64,000 nucleotides of DNA, taken from Amphiscolops sp. MND2022. Its lineage: Eukaryota. The position numbers and the translations under genes are program-made. The notes below the pieces were generated by a model. The model was given only the letters and a program-made list of their open reading frames with translations, had not been told where the DNA came from and made no database searches. Location of the stretch: assembly GCA_964187785.1 (NCBI GenBank), contig OZ076417.1, forward strand, positions 16,740,001 to 16,804,000, written 5' to 3'. Shown here piece after piece: positions 1 through 11,882 of the stretch; within the stretch, counting starts at the first letter, position 1; every line of letters begins with the position of its first letter.

Positions 1-3000
1 GGTTTCCGATATCGGATACAGAGTTGTCAAATGGGTGATGAACAGTGAGTTGTGCAATGCGATATCCACCGATACTTTAACGAACATTATCCTACAGCAG
101 AATAACATACAGGTGTAAGCATTAAGATACAGTGAAATTGAATTTGTCTTGTTCTACGCAATGTAAAGACTTAATCGAGAGGCAAAAGATTTTATTATAT
201 TTCTTTACCCACCTGTTTTCTCTTGAATACGGTGGGTTTGTGGATCGTGTGTCATACAAAGTCCAATCCGGCAACTTTTTGATGGTCAAGGCTCTGCTTT
301 TTTGCAAGATGAAGAAAAACTTTTATAATTTCATTACGATTTGCTGAAATTTCGAGCGTTTTGTTCTGAGCAAGCTTCCAAGATCTAGTGACACTAAACT
401 GCATACTATTGGCTGCATTTTAAATTGAATTTCGTTCTCTTATTTTCCAGGTGACGTTTAGTTCCGCTGGGTACAAAGTGTTTCCTTTTTGACAAAAATC
501 AATGTAAGTAACGAAACTCGCCTAATCCATTGTTGTTTCTTCCAAGGCATTCAAATTTTGCTGTACACTCCGTAAATTCGTCTCAATCTCAAAAAGTTAC
601 AGAGGTACTCTTCTCATACAAAATTGATGGAAATATGTCTTTGTCCAGAAAATGGAAACAAACCACCTGACGTCACAAGCTTGAAAGTTCGATGGGCAGT
701 TTAAATGATTTTTTAGAGCTGACAGTGAAAGTGAACACTTTGAAAGCTGTCAATCTGTCATTTAGGAAAAATACCTACCTGAGCCGCGCAACTGCCCAAT
801 TTAAATTTGCATCAATTTCTTATATCCAAATCTTGGAGGTTTTTCCGAAAAATTCACCATCTGAAAAAATAAATTCGTAGCGTATGTACTTATGGGAACC
901 CTTTAACTTATTCGAAAAACAGCCTTAAAATCAGTCAAAATGACCCTAACACTAGCCAAATATCATCATATTCCAACTTTTTTAGGCAATTCTTGGTTTT
1001 GCACTATTTTTTTTGATATTCGACTCCTCAACTCGAACATCTTGGTATGTCGCTAAGAAAACGTTGAGTGCATTTTCCAAAGTTTTGATTTTGATTCTGT
1101 CACTACCTTTACGTTATATCCGGAAACTCCATTCCTTTAGTACAATTTGAAACCAGTAAAAAACGACACTGATGCACGTAGTTGGCATCCGGAGCAAACG
1201 CTCTGGCCCCCAGGTTATGGAATCTCACATTCACGTGAGTACGCATCTAGTGTAGTCTTTCTGGAGGATAGTTTTGACAGGTGGAGAAAAAAAGCCCAAC
1301 TGAAGACGCATTGGAGGAGAAAACAGAGATGAGAAGATCAACGGCGGTATTGCTTCTAGCCATTGTGACATTGAGCAAGCCATTTCCATGTTATACCTTA
1401 TGGTCGACAATTGCTCGGCCACTCCGCTCTTGTTTGGAGCTTTTCTGCAATTTTTAGTTTTTTAGCTACGTTTGAGACTTGAGAAAATGCAGTCGCAAAA
1501 ATAGTCTGGGTCTGAACATCTGTTGCTCAACGGGCGTCTTGTTGTTGAGATATTGAAGGCTGGGCAACGTTTTTGCGTCAATTTCGTTAAATTCGGAGCA
1601 TCTTAGAGCAATCTTCAGATGTTCTTTTCAAAACTAGTGTTTGCCGTGTCAACAAATGCTTGTTTTTCTCAAGTAAAAGCTAAGAAAGAGAAAGCTAAAA
1701 ATAAATTTTAAAAATAAAAGGTTCCCGCTGCAGCATTGATAGGAACACTTCCAGGTGATGACAAATTCCCACTGGATAAAAAATTGATTCCATTGATGAA
1801 AATATCAATATTCAGCGCACTATCAGTTGTTTTCCCTTCAGAAACTTTTAAAAGTTTGTCACACATGTCGCAGCTGCATCTTGGAAAATTACAGGTGTCT
1901 ATAATTTATTCATACGCATAAATGTCGGCCCAGGAAATGATGTTGGGTTGATGAATTTTTAACGAGCATTCACAACTTCAAAACAATTTCCAGACCAACA
2001 GGAAAGATGAGAACTTGGACCTCCAACAGTCTTCAATTGCAAAACTGAATTTAAATAGTAAACAGTACCCAATATTTTATTAACCACCAATTGGTCAAAA
2101 CACCATTATCTATTTATCACTTCTGAAATGACGCTTGCTTTGCTTGATCAGCGAAACTTTTCAGAAGGGAAAAGGCGAAGAGCCAATCTGAAATTTTTCA
2201 TATGAGATGTCAGTTTTCTGTCGATGATTATCGGGTTGATTTCAAAAATTGAATTCAACGAATGAACGAAGATCATGTTCAACATGAAACAAAAACAAAT
2301 AATTTTGGCCTAACTGGACTCCTAAGATTCTTCCAAGGTTCCGTTGTAATGTTCTGCTTCTAATGTTCCATTTTTTAAGCATTTTCTAAAATATTTCGTT
2401 GTGTGTCTAACCAAACCACTGCTTGTACTAAAGATTTGCAAATTTGTGGCTGCATTTTATCATAAACTTCGTGCCAATAATTTGGAACTGACGCTCAAGT
2501 CTTGTTGAGTAAAAGATGCTTTTTTGAATGTTGAAAATTAATTGAAAAATGAAAACAAAACTTTATCTCTGAATCAATTGCTTTTTCTTCCGAATCAATT
2601 GAAACTCATTCACGAAGAACGAAAAACTGAAAAACTGCCTTTAAAAATTGCAGAGGTTCTGCTCTTATACTTATTTCAAGTATTTTGTTTAAAGCTTAAA
2701 TATGAGCTTCATAGTCAATTATAAGAAAATTGTTTGAGGATTTTAAAGCAGGAGAAAGTAGTTTATTGTCATTTTGTTGATGAGTTTTCCGCTAACAAGT
2801 TACAGTAAAAATGATCGTATAAAGTGCTTTACAATTCAATAAAAGAAAATTTTATGTGATGAACGCAGATTAGAGTGAATTAATTTGCGACACTGGTACA
2901 TTGTGCCTAGATAAAATATAAGTGAAAGCAAATGGTTTTATCGTCAGAGGAAAGAAGATGAGCATATGATCCGACCGGATTTGGTAAAGTTTTTGAATAT

Positions 3001-3695
3001 TGTAGCAACACTTTTGGTGAACAAGGTTTTTTGCAAGAGCATTACACATTGAATGAAGACATCGAAAGAGTTTAACGAATAGGAAAGAGAATAATGAATA
3101 GGTGTTTGGTTTAAAAGGATTATCTTTGCTCATATATTTTAACCTTTTAATGCTCCTGTTCTTACATGGAGTTCGAGCAATAAGAATGTCATTTTTGAGA
3201 CAATTTGATAGTGGTGGAGTTGGGTTCAACAAGGTGAAAGTTGGAGTCAAATTAAGTTGGGGGTAAAAAAGTTCTGATTTATTCCTAAGGGTTATTATTT
3301 CAACATTCCTGCTCATGTGGTGAAGTAAGATACATGTTCTTTATTTTAAAGCTTTCATCATCCAGAATATATGTTTTGTCTTTGATGTCAGTGGCGTTTG
3401 AGTGGCAGCATTCTATTTGTGTGTTCATTTCTCTCCATGAAGCACAACGGTTGACTATTTTTCAGCGGCGTATTGACACAAAATTTGAAGCATGGGCAAG
3501 GAATACCGAAAACTTGTTACCTTTCATTTCAACTAAGCACAAATCTTTTTAGCAAAAGCAAATTCAGATTCAATCAGTGGTTGAAAATGCCTCATTGGTA
3601 AAGTGGCCGGGCATGAATAAAAACTTTTCAAGAGTAAAAGTCGTTGTTGTTCAACATCAGTTCAGGGACGTACTGTCAAAATAGAAGTTTATAGT

Positions 3696-5514
3696 TGTTG
3701 GAGGTCCCTACGGCGTAAGACGACGTCGCAAAGGAACCACCGTTTTGCTTGTTTCGTTCTTCGTTCTGACTTATGATCTTTTCCATAAGAGACTTCAGTA
3801 TCGACATTTCGTCTTGTAGACGATTAAATCTTTCTTCGTTCGCCGTTTGAGTATGATCTTCGTTCGTCGGCGAATTCCTACCCGATTGGTTTATCTCTTC
3901 TGAGAAATTATTTGAGGATTCCATGTTAAGATTGGGAATATTATTCGCGTCGATCGAGGAAGTTTCCGGTAAAGAATTAGATAATACCTTTCCGTTTCTA
4001 AGTATTTTAGCGGATTCGATACTCATGAGCAATGAAAAGCAGGAATGTCGGATAAGAGTTGAATTATGAGAGTATGTAGTAAGACTAAGGCAATTATATA
4101 CGTATTGTAGAACTAACAGAGAATGTAAGCGTATCGTACTGGTATAGCAAATCGTGTGACTTAGTTGGTAGCCTTCTCACCAGATCGATGGTAAGACGCA
4201 ATTCTTACCATCGCTTCCTTCTCATTGGATGTCGGGTGAGTGCTAATTAGCACTTGGTCACGTGACCGGTTGTTTTGCATGCCGCAAGAGGGCTACCAAT
4301 TAGCAATTGCGCAATAACACAATTCAAATCAATTATCATGAATTTATAATGAACTAATGTCAGCAAGCGCTCTCTGAGTCATGATAGTTACTGCAATTGC
4401 GCTAAGTCAGTGTCTAAAATGGATAGAATACAAATTCGGAGGCATGGGGATGTATAAATGACAACTTGCTAGCACTGAATCGATAAAAGGCAAATTATGA
4501 CAAGTTTTGTCGTTTATTCATCGTTGAACTGATTAAAATGCAAACTATAACAAGTTTTGTCGTTTTCCCATCGCTTTCACTAGTTGACCACGTTAGTATG
4601 GTAATGGGTGAAATGTTGATGAATGAGTTCCGCTCTAGTGTTGAATTGATCAACTAGATGTGAAAACGATGAACTGAGTTATGGGGAGAGCACTGAATAT
4701 AATTCTGGAGTAGTTACATCACTTTATCATCGTTAAAAGGTGATTTTTAGCTATAGATGGGAAAGCGATGAAAGATTTCCATCGCTTTTCCATCGTTCGC
4801 CGTTTAGCACTGTAGTCGGGTCTTGGAAGCGTGATTTGAGCTGTAGATGAGAAAACGATGAAAGATTTCCATCGCTTTTCCATCGTTCGTTGGTTTAGCA
4901 CTGTTCTTCAGGACTTCAGAAGCGTAAGTGATGCATAAACGATGAAACATGTGGTCACAAGTATTCAATCAAGTAGCTTCATCGCTTTTACATCGTCTTT
5001 TCAATTCTCTCGTTTTTTGGTGTTCTGGTCATGTTTGAGCGATGTAATATGGATGAAACTAGTTAGATTGAATCAAATCACGAGTTCTAGCACTAATAGC
5101 ATCGTTATTTCATCGTTTCATGTATTTCAAAGAGAGGAGGCTTGTCACGCTAGTTTCCTCTGAGGCAGGAGTTCCCTAGCGAGTATCCATCTTGTCTATT
5201 CGTTATGGCGGTCCAGTTTGACCGAGAAACTACTTTCTTTTCTCGTGACAAGCCATTAAATATACAATAGCATCAATTGCTTATTAGCACGATCATGAAT
5301 TGCGGGCAAACGGAACTAGAATGCTCAGTATTAGATAAGTAAATAGCTCAAAATCTCAATGGGGGAATAGGGGGTTAGGTACAAGTAACGTAGGGTTGCT
5401 CACAACCATAAATCTTATTATATGACATCATATTGCCCATATCTAAGTACATAAGACATATTATTTACATTACAGATATTTAGTAGATTATATTTCCATC
5501 ATGCTGGCATGACA
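3696..5514 (-). repeat. Element 1 3' LTR (1819 bp)
   Basis: Matches 18186-19913 apart from about 9 small differences counted by eye and one extra ~90-bp unit; minus strand reads TGTCATG...CCTCCAACA. Confidence 0.96.
4519..5115. repeat. Cluster of CGATG/CATCG dimers and full palindromic units in the Element 1 LTR (equivalent region at about 19010-19515)
   Basis: Full units at 4755-4795 and 4845-4885; half-unit dimers near 4666, 4717, 4929, 4980, 5040 and 5100. Confidence 0.85.
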
Positions 5515-6471
5515 CTCCCGGGGGGGATTTGGAAGAGGAGTGCAGGGGCCAAATGTGCAGAGGATGGTTGTCGCAGCGTGGGCTTTGACATGTTCCTTCG
5601 TTGGTCTCAGGGGAGTGGCCTTCGTTGGTTCTCAATGGTTTTGAGCCTTCGTTGGTTCTGTCTCATTTGTGTCTTCTCTGAGAAGGAGACGTGTTTCATC
5701 GGATTGATATCTGGTGTGTGCTCGGTTATTTCGGTTAAGTTTGGACGCGTCAGTTCTAGTTCTTGGCCCGTCGATTGTCCGCAGATCGGCTTGAAAATGG
5801 CGGTCAGGAGTGATTTGTAGAATCTCGCTGGAATTTGTTCACAATCGGAATTGGTAGCGTCGTTTCGTCTGATAGATTGGAGAGAGTGAATAACACGTGA
5901 CCGGAGAGCGGTGAACTTGTGATGGAGAGTTGAATAAGCGTGAACGAAGTATTATGTAATAACTTGCGTGGTGGAGAGGCAGTAATTCCAACTGTGTGCG
6001 AGACGGAAACGTTCAGTTATCTTGAGGAGTCATTAAGTAAATAAAGTAGCCACAATTTCGAGTGCGTCTTTCCGCTGAGTGTGTAAATCATTCAAATTGC
6101 TAACGACGCTGGCAGCTGCATCTAACACTTTGAGAAAATTTCCACAGTATTTTGAGTAAATTGGTCCATTCAAACTGGTGTTTCCTCTGCTAGTTGGTGG
6201 AAGGAGGCAGTGAAATTGAATCAATATTGAAGAAATTTGAGCAGATTTTTTGTCTTTTGAGAGTGTATTGTTAGATGTAGTCGAAACGTTTTGCTTCTTT
6301 GATATTTTAAGGTTGAAATCGACCTCATATCACGGTTGATCAGGCCATTATATTTGTCGATTACTGTTGATTTCGTTTCTTCAAATTGAGTTCACATTTA
6401 CTATCCTTCTTTCAATCGTGTCGTGTTTTTTTTTCAGATTGCAATCGTTGTTTCCATTTGTCATCGTCAAG

Positions 6472-9400
6472 ATGTATGACGACCAACATATGAATCCTTT
6501 CCGTGATTCTAACCCAATTCGTTAGTTATTCGTTCTTCATCTTCACGTCTGTGGTGGATTGGGGCAACTCTAATGTGAATAAATTTCGTTTAGCTGTTGC
6601 AGATCAAGCGACGCCTTCTGGGTCTGGGAGCCCTAGGGTGTATACTCAACTGACAGGGGTGGGTCCGATCCCGCCTGTACAGACCCCCATTGTACACCAT
6701 CCACTTGTGCCCGTGTATCCACAGAGTGAGTCTTCTACCGTCAGTCTATCGTTTCCATCGTTTATTCATCGTCAGACAATCCCAATGTTATTTCAGTGTA
6801 CACTCCCTGGCAGCAGTCTCTTGGGTCGCTGTCATTGGGCTGGTACGACGGGTATTTGCGGAGCGCAGTTCGTGAAGAGCTGGCCAATTCCAGTAAGTGA
6901 AAGCTATGTTTCTGTTTTCGTGATTAATAGGTCTTGTTATGACATTAAGACCGGGTCGCATATGTTTCATCTGTTTCCCATCGTGACTGTGGTAGCGATG
7001 TCAAAACGATGAATACTGTTGCTTTTAGTCCCGAGAGAGGTGAGAGGCGTGGAGAGGCCTGTCATTCGTCAGGTGGTGTCCGTTGCGTGTGGTCCCGAGC
7101 AATCAGGGGCTCCTCATGATGTGGCGACTCAAACAAGACGGGCATTTAGTATTGTGTCGTCTTCTAGTAGTGAAGGAGAATTAGGAGCAGCCGCTACTGA
7201 AGATCCAATGGAGCCTGGAGGCTCAAGTGTGGAAGCCATAGTGGGTGTTGCCGAACTGTCAGAAATTTCTGATGGCAATGTCGAGTCGGGTGTGCCTGTC
7301 GTCGGCAGTCCTCTCGTGGGCAGTGCGGTAGCTCCCAGTGGTCGTGTTGTTCGGTCAGGTAAACTAGACAGCTTCAACAATCATGTGATTTACTGTAATT
7401 CCGAGTTGTTATTATTACCTTATTTACTTAGGTTGTTATTTGGGGTTTTTATTACGTTTTCTAGTTTGGTTGTTTGCTTTGGTCAATTTTTCCTTCTTTT
7501 TGTTTTTGAGTTTTCAGTGGCGTTTTCGTGCCATTTTTGGTACGTTGGTTGACCATTTTTGTAAAGCTTCAAGCTTTTGTCGTTTTGACTTTTCAGATGT
7601 GGTTTTTAGTGAAAACATCGTTTTTTCATCGTTTGACATAAGAAAATGTTGTTTGAGTTTGTCCCCTGTTAGAGAGGGGTTTCATCGTTTTTTCATCGGT
7701 TTTTGTTTTAGTCGCAAAGAACAGCATTCGATCCAGTTGGTTTCAGCATCCGTACGCAGGGATGTTTCTGGGGTTTGCGCGGACTCACAGGTCGTCTGAT
7801 GCGTACGTGCGATGTCTCTTGTGTCGGTGTGATTTGAAAGTCGGGAGCCGTGGCATATCGACATTCTTAGAGCATTGTCGCGGCGTCATTCATCACAGAC
7901 TGGATTGTTTAGTTCGTTCGCGGCGTGGTCTCTTTCTACGTCGCCGGACCGGTGCAGTGATGAGTGCTGCAGAGGCGGCTGACATGGGAGAAGAGTTGCG
8001 TGGTTTGGCCGTGCCAGAAGTGGAGCTATGTCCTGCTTTCTCAGTTCGTGATGTGTTCTCAGTTGAAGCGCGGGGTGGCAGCATTTGGGATTCCGGTGTG
8101 CGTGAGGTGCCTGACAATGCCAGAAGCCTGAGGTTTTTCTTGTGCTTCGTGATCGACGCATTATACCGTGGTGGAGATGTCACTGCTCTTACCCATCTGT
8201 GGGACTCAGTTGCAATGACCGACGTTGGTTATCAGAGCCTATTGGGCGGTGGTTCTCGAAAAGAAGATGTTATTGTAAGTGCATGTTACATGTTTTTCAT
8301 GTGTTACATTTAGATATGTGTTTTCGTGATGACTTGTACCGTTGCCTACTATCGTTCGTGATGTTGTTCGATTTTGTGTGTACTTCAGGCAGTACTGCTC
8401 TTCGGGATGTGGCCTTACGTGGTGAGGGCAATTTCAGCTGTCCTGAGTGCTGGAAACTACGTTGGTTTGTACGTGGAGATCGATCGGGACATGGTGCGCT
8501 GTTCTGTGACAGTGGCTGAGTCAGGTGTCCTCAGCGGGTACGTTCTGTTCGAAGTGGAGTCGACGGGTCAATGGGAACGGCGCGTAGCAGACTGGATAAC
8601 GAACTATTGGTGTTGCATGTTGGAAGAAGTCAGGCCAGTCGGAATCAGTTGTACTGTAATGCCCTCTTTGCGCGGATTGACGGACGGCGAGACTGGCTCT
8701 GGGGGTGTGCTACTGGATCCAGTCCGATTAGAGTCAGTCATGCGCGTGGTGACTTCAGCTGGGGTGTCTGTGCTCCCTGGTCAAGACGTTCATGTTGTGG
8801 CGAATTTTTTGCTGATAAAGTTGCGTGAATGTCTGAGTGATCCAATCTTGACAGCGTGCCCAGCTCTCGTTCGAGTGAGTGTGAATTATTATCTTTTCAC
8901 TGAACGTTGCCCTTATGTTGTTTTATATATTTTTTTGGGGGGGGGGACGTAGAGAGTGTGAGCAATTATTGTTCTCGTTCGTTGTTATAATTGGTCGTTT
9001 TAGTGTATAATCTCTGGTGAAATTTCAAATTGGGAGATTGTGACCGTGTTGGAGGAGCTACGTGTGTCATGGGAGAGTCTAGTTGAGCTGGTGAGGCGGT
9101 TGGATCGATTGAGTGGCAGTGTGGACCCGTTGCGGATGGAGCTACTAGTGTTGCAAGAGTCTGGGCTGTCTCTCAAGTTCCATGCAGTGGGAATGGTGTA
9201 TAGATTTGGTTAATATATTATTTGTTTGTGTAACTTTAGTTATTGTAACTATTAATCTGGTCGCTAGTTGACTGGTATAGGTTTCATCGGTAGTACATCG
9301 TCGATTTGCTCTTTTAATTTTATTTGTGAATAAGTTTCGTCGGTTAATCATCGTTTTTTCTAAATGTGTTCTTTATTGTTTGTATGGCTGTTTTAGTGCT

Positions 9401-10304
9401 ACAAGGGATGCAACAGACCTTCAGTGAGCGGCTCTATCGTGGTATTTAAGGTATTGTTGAAATCTTGGGCGTAGTCCGCTGTCTCTGTCTGATGGTAGCT
9501 GAAGAAGAAACAGTTCCGCAGTCATATGAGTTGCATCGTTGGGGCAGTTTTGAGCTGTCTAATTTGCGGTTGAGTGGAGGAAAACAAGCCCTAATGTTTC
9601 AAACATTTGCCAGCCATCGTTCTAGTTACACGTGTGGGGGGGAATACCAGCATGCTGTTACTATTGTTGAAGAATTTGTTATAACAGTTGCCATGAACTT
9701 GTTGAAGTTATCTCCATTGTCTGATCATGTCAACCGAGCCTTGGCCTGTTGGAGTCCCGATATGTTGTTGCATGGTCACGTTGATGAGATGGAAGAGCTA
9801 ATGGGCTGCTTCTTGGAAATGTTGGAGCGGACTGGGCGTGTGAATTATGCTGCTAGAACGGCCATGCTCGAGTCTTTCGTGCGATTCATTAGACGGTTTA
9901 GTGATCTGTGGCAATATGGGTCTGCTGACGTTGCTTTGTGTCGACTGATGAAATTGTGTTTCTGTGTGAGCGGAAGTGTCAATCAGAGCCACAGTTTCGT
10001 GAACATGAGTTTACCCTCATTGTCGTCGGAGGACCTCTGTAGTGTGTTAAGGACAATTGCGAGCTGGTGTCAGAATCAGGGTGTGAGAGGTCTACAGAGC
10101 ATTCCAGACGCACTGGTATCAGACAGTAGTGATGCTATTGGGCGGGTTTTAGAGTTAGCAGCAGTCAACATGGAAGATTTATGGGATGAGGTCGGCAGGT
10201 CAGCGACTGACGAATACAAAGAGTCCGTTTTCGAGCGAATGGGTCTTACTGCTAGTGGAGAGCGGGCGGCCAGTCCTGAGATTGGAAGTGAACATCGTTT
10301 TTGA
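6472..10304 (+). CDS. Antisense multi-exon gene in Element 1: C2H2 zinc finger plus catalytically degenerate hAT-transposase-like protein (~900 aa). Proposed exons (6472-6502), 6603-6725, 6797-6892, 7029-7358, 7712-8274, 8389-8874, 9004-9208, 9397 or 9451-10304
   Basis: All junctions are GT..AG and phase-compatible (e.g. ATT|GTAAGT at 8275, TTCAG|GCA at 8388, CGA|GTGAGT at 8875, TTTTAG|TGT at 9003). Zinc finger CLLCRCDLKVGSRGISTFLEHCRGVIH. The spliced product aligns by eye along its length with the antisense ORFs of Element 2. The first exon and the last acceptor are uncertain: acceptor 9396 leaves an in-frame TAA at 9447, acceptor 9450 avoids it. Confidence 0.75.
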
Positions 10305-10776
10305 ACCAGTTTGTTTTTATGGCGTTTGTGATTGTTAGTATTTCGTACGAACTGAACTATATACAATGTAATCGTTTTAGTTAGATTGTTTGTAGAGATT
10401 TTGATATATGCTGATCATTTGTTCTTGACCGAAAGGTTTATTGTTTACAAGACTAAAAATTCGGCGAGTAATTAATTATTACGTCGGTGATTTATTTTTT
10501 TTGTAGTGGCTTTCGTTGTGTCTAGGTGACTTGACGGAGGCGGTTGAAAAGTTCTAACTTTTACGTTAGTGTTAGTTGGGGCTTTGATTCCTGTATGTAG
10601 GCGTACTTTTTCCAGTAATTCCGTGAGAGTTTCTTTTTGGGAGGATTCATGATTACATATAAGGTTTTCGTTAAATAGAATAATTTTCAAGGAGTGCACT
10701 GTTGAAATGCATGTTTCTTTTGTAATCTGTATACTTTTGTTTACATGTAATGAGTGTTTTTCATGTACTTTTGACT

Positions 10777-11790
10777 AGATGTGTAAGCGATGGAAAGTTC
10801 CCATCGTAATCACATCGTTACAAAGTCTTGCGTGAGAGTAGTGTTGTTATTGGCGGCGATGATTGAATCGGTGAAGAAAATTCATCGGTTCGTCATCGTT
10901 GATTAAGTGTTGTGGGTGTTTTTGTTTGACTTCTACGAGCGATGAGCAATCGATGGTAAATTTCCATCGTTTGTCCATCGTGTTACATTTTCAGATATAT
11001 TGTGGCGCTTGGATTAAACGATGGAGAGTTTCCATCGTTTTGGCATCGTCGTGGTGAGCTTGTTTGTCTAGCCTGATTGTGGATGCAGCGATGTGAGAAC
11101 GATGAAACATTTTCATCGTTTCTCTATCGTTAGTTATTGACTCGTTCATTTTGGGTTGGAAATTCTAGAAGCGATGAGTAACCGATGAACTATTATCATC
11201 GGTATTCCATCGTCGTCTAATAACTAGGTAATTTTGTGTTGGGGAGTTGTGGCGATGAACTAACGATGAAAGATTTCCATCGTTTTTTCATCGGCGTGTG
11301 TCTGTTGGTGCTTTAGCCTTTGAATAGCAGTTGTATCTTTTCGGTGTCCTCAATCAGGGCGGTAATGAACCGAATGTCAACCCAAGGTAAGGCCTGTGGT
11401 CTGTTGACGATTGAGGATTATTCTCTTTTGACTGAAGGTAGTGTAGAGAGAAAGTGGATGTAGAAGTGATGGAGAAAATCCATCTCTTTTACATCTTGAT
11501 GTGATAATTTTTGTGCAAGGGTGATGGTTTGTCTAATGGCCATCGAGTAGTCGGTAATCACTGATTGAGTTTTTCATCGACTGAGTGTCGTTAAGCAGAT
11601 GTTAACACGAGGCGAAGCCTACGAATTATTAACAGGTAGGTCGTGGAAACTGTATGATTTTGTGGTATGGTCGAAGAGAAGCTGGGGATGAGAAAACGAT
11701 GGGTGTGAACCATCATTAAACTCACTTGAATTTTATGTGTTTTGTAAGCGATGTGGTACCGATGGAAATGTTTCATCGGTTTTACATCGT
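10777..11790. repeat. Array of ~41-bp imperfect palindromes CGATG-N6-CGATG-N9-CATCG-N6-CATCG
   Basis: Units at about 10777, 10856, 10939, 11018 (partial), 11088, 11171, 11252 and 11748, plus degenerate units near 11465 and 11686; the spacing is invariant while spacer sequence varies. Confidence 0.9.
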
Positions 11791-11882
11791 TCCTGGTAAT
11801 TTCACTGTTTCCTCACGATGGAGTGTTATTTAACCATCGTTTTGATGTGAGATTGTCGTTTACATGTTTTTCCTCTCGTTTT

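Noticed and set aside
1-1920. Possible plus-strand host exons (2-114, 1141-1234, about 1734-1895) with splice-like boundaries
   Set aside because: No recognisable domain and no consistent phase chain could be established.
5515-5535. Canonical polypurine tract before the 3' LTRs (also 62935-62952)
   Set aside because: Only short purine runs (CCCCCCCGGGAG; GAAGCCGAGGAC) are present, too weak to annotate as a PPT.
10777-11790. CRISPR-like appearance of regularly spaced palindromes
   Set aside because: Units are degenerate with variable internal spacers, the context is a eukaryotic retrotransposon, and no cas genes are present.
5515-11880. env-like gene in the long post-pol regions (also 57922-62952)
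   Set aside because: The main ORFs are antisense, spliced and zinc-finger/transposase-like; no signal peptide, furin site plus fusion peptide, or C-terminal transmembrane pattern was recognised.
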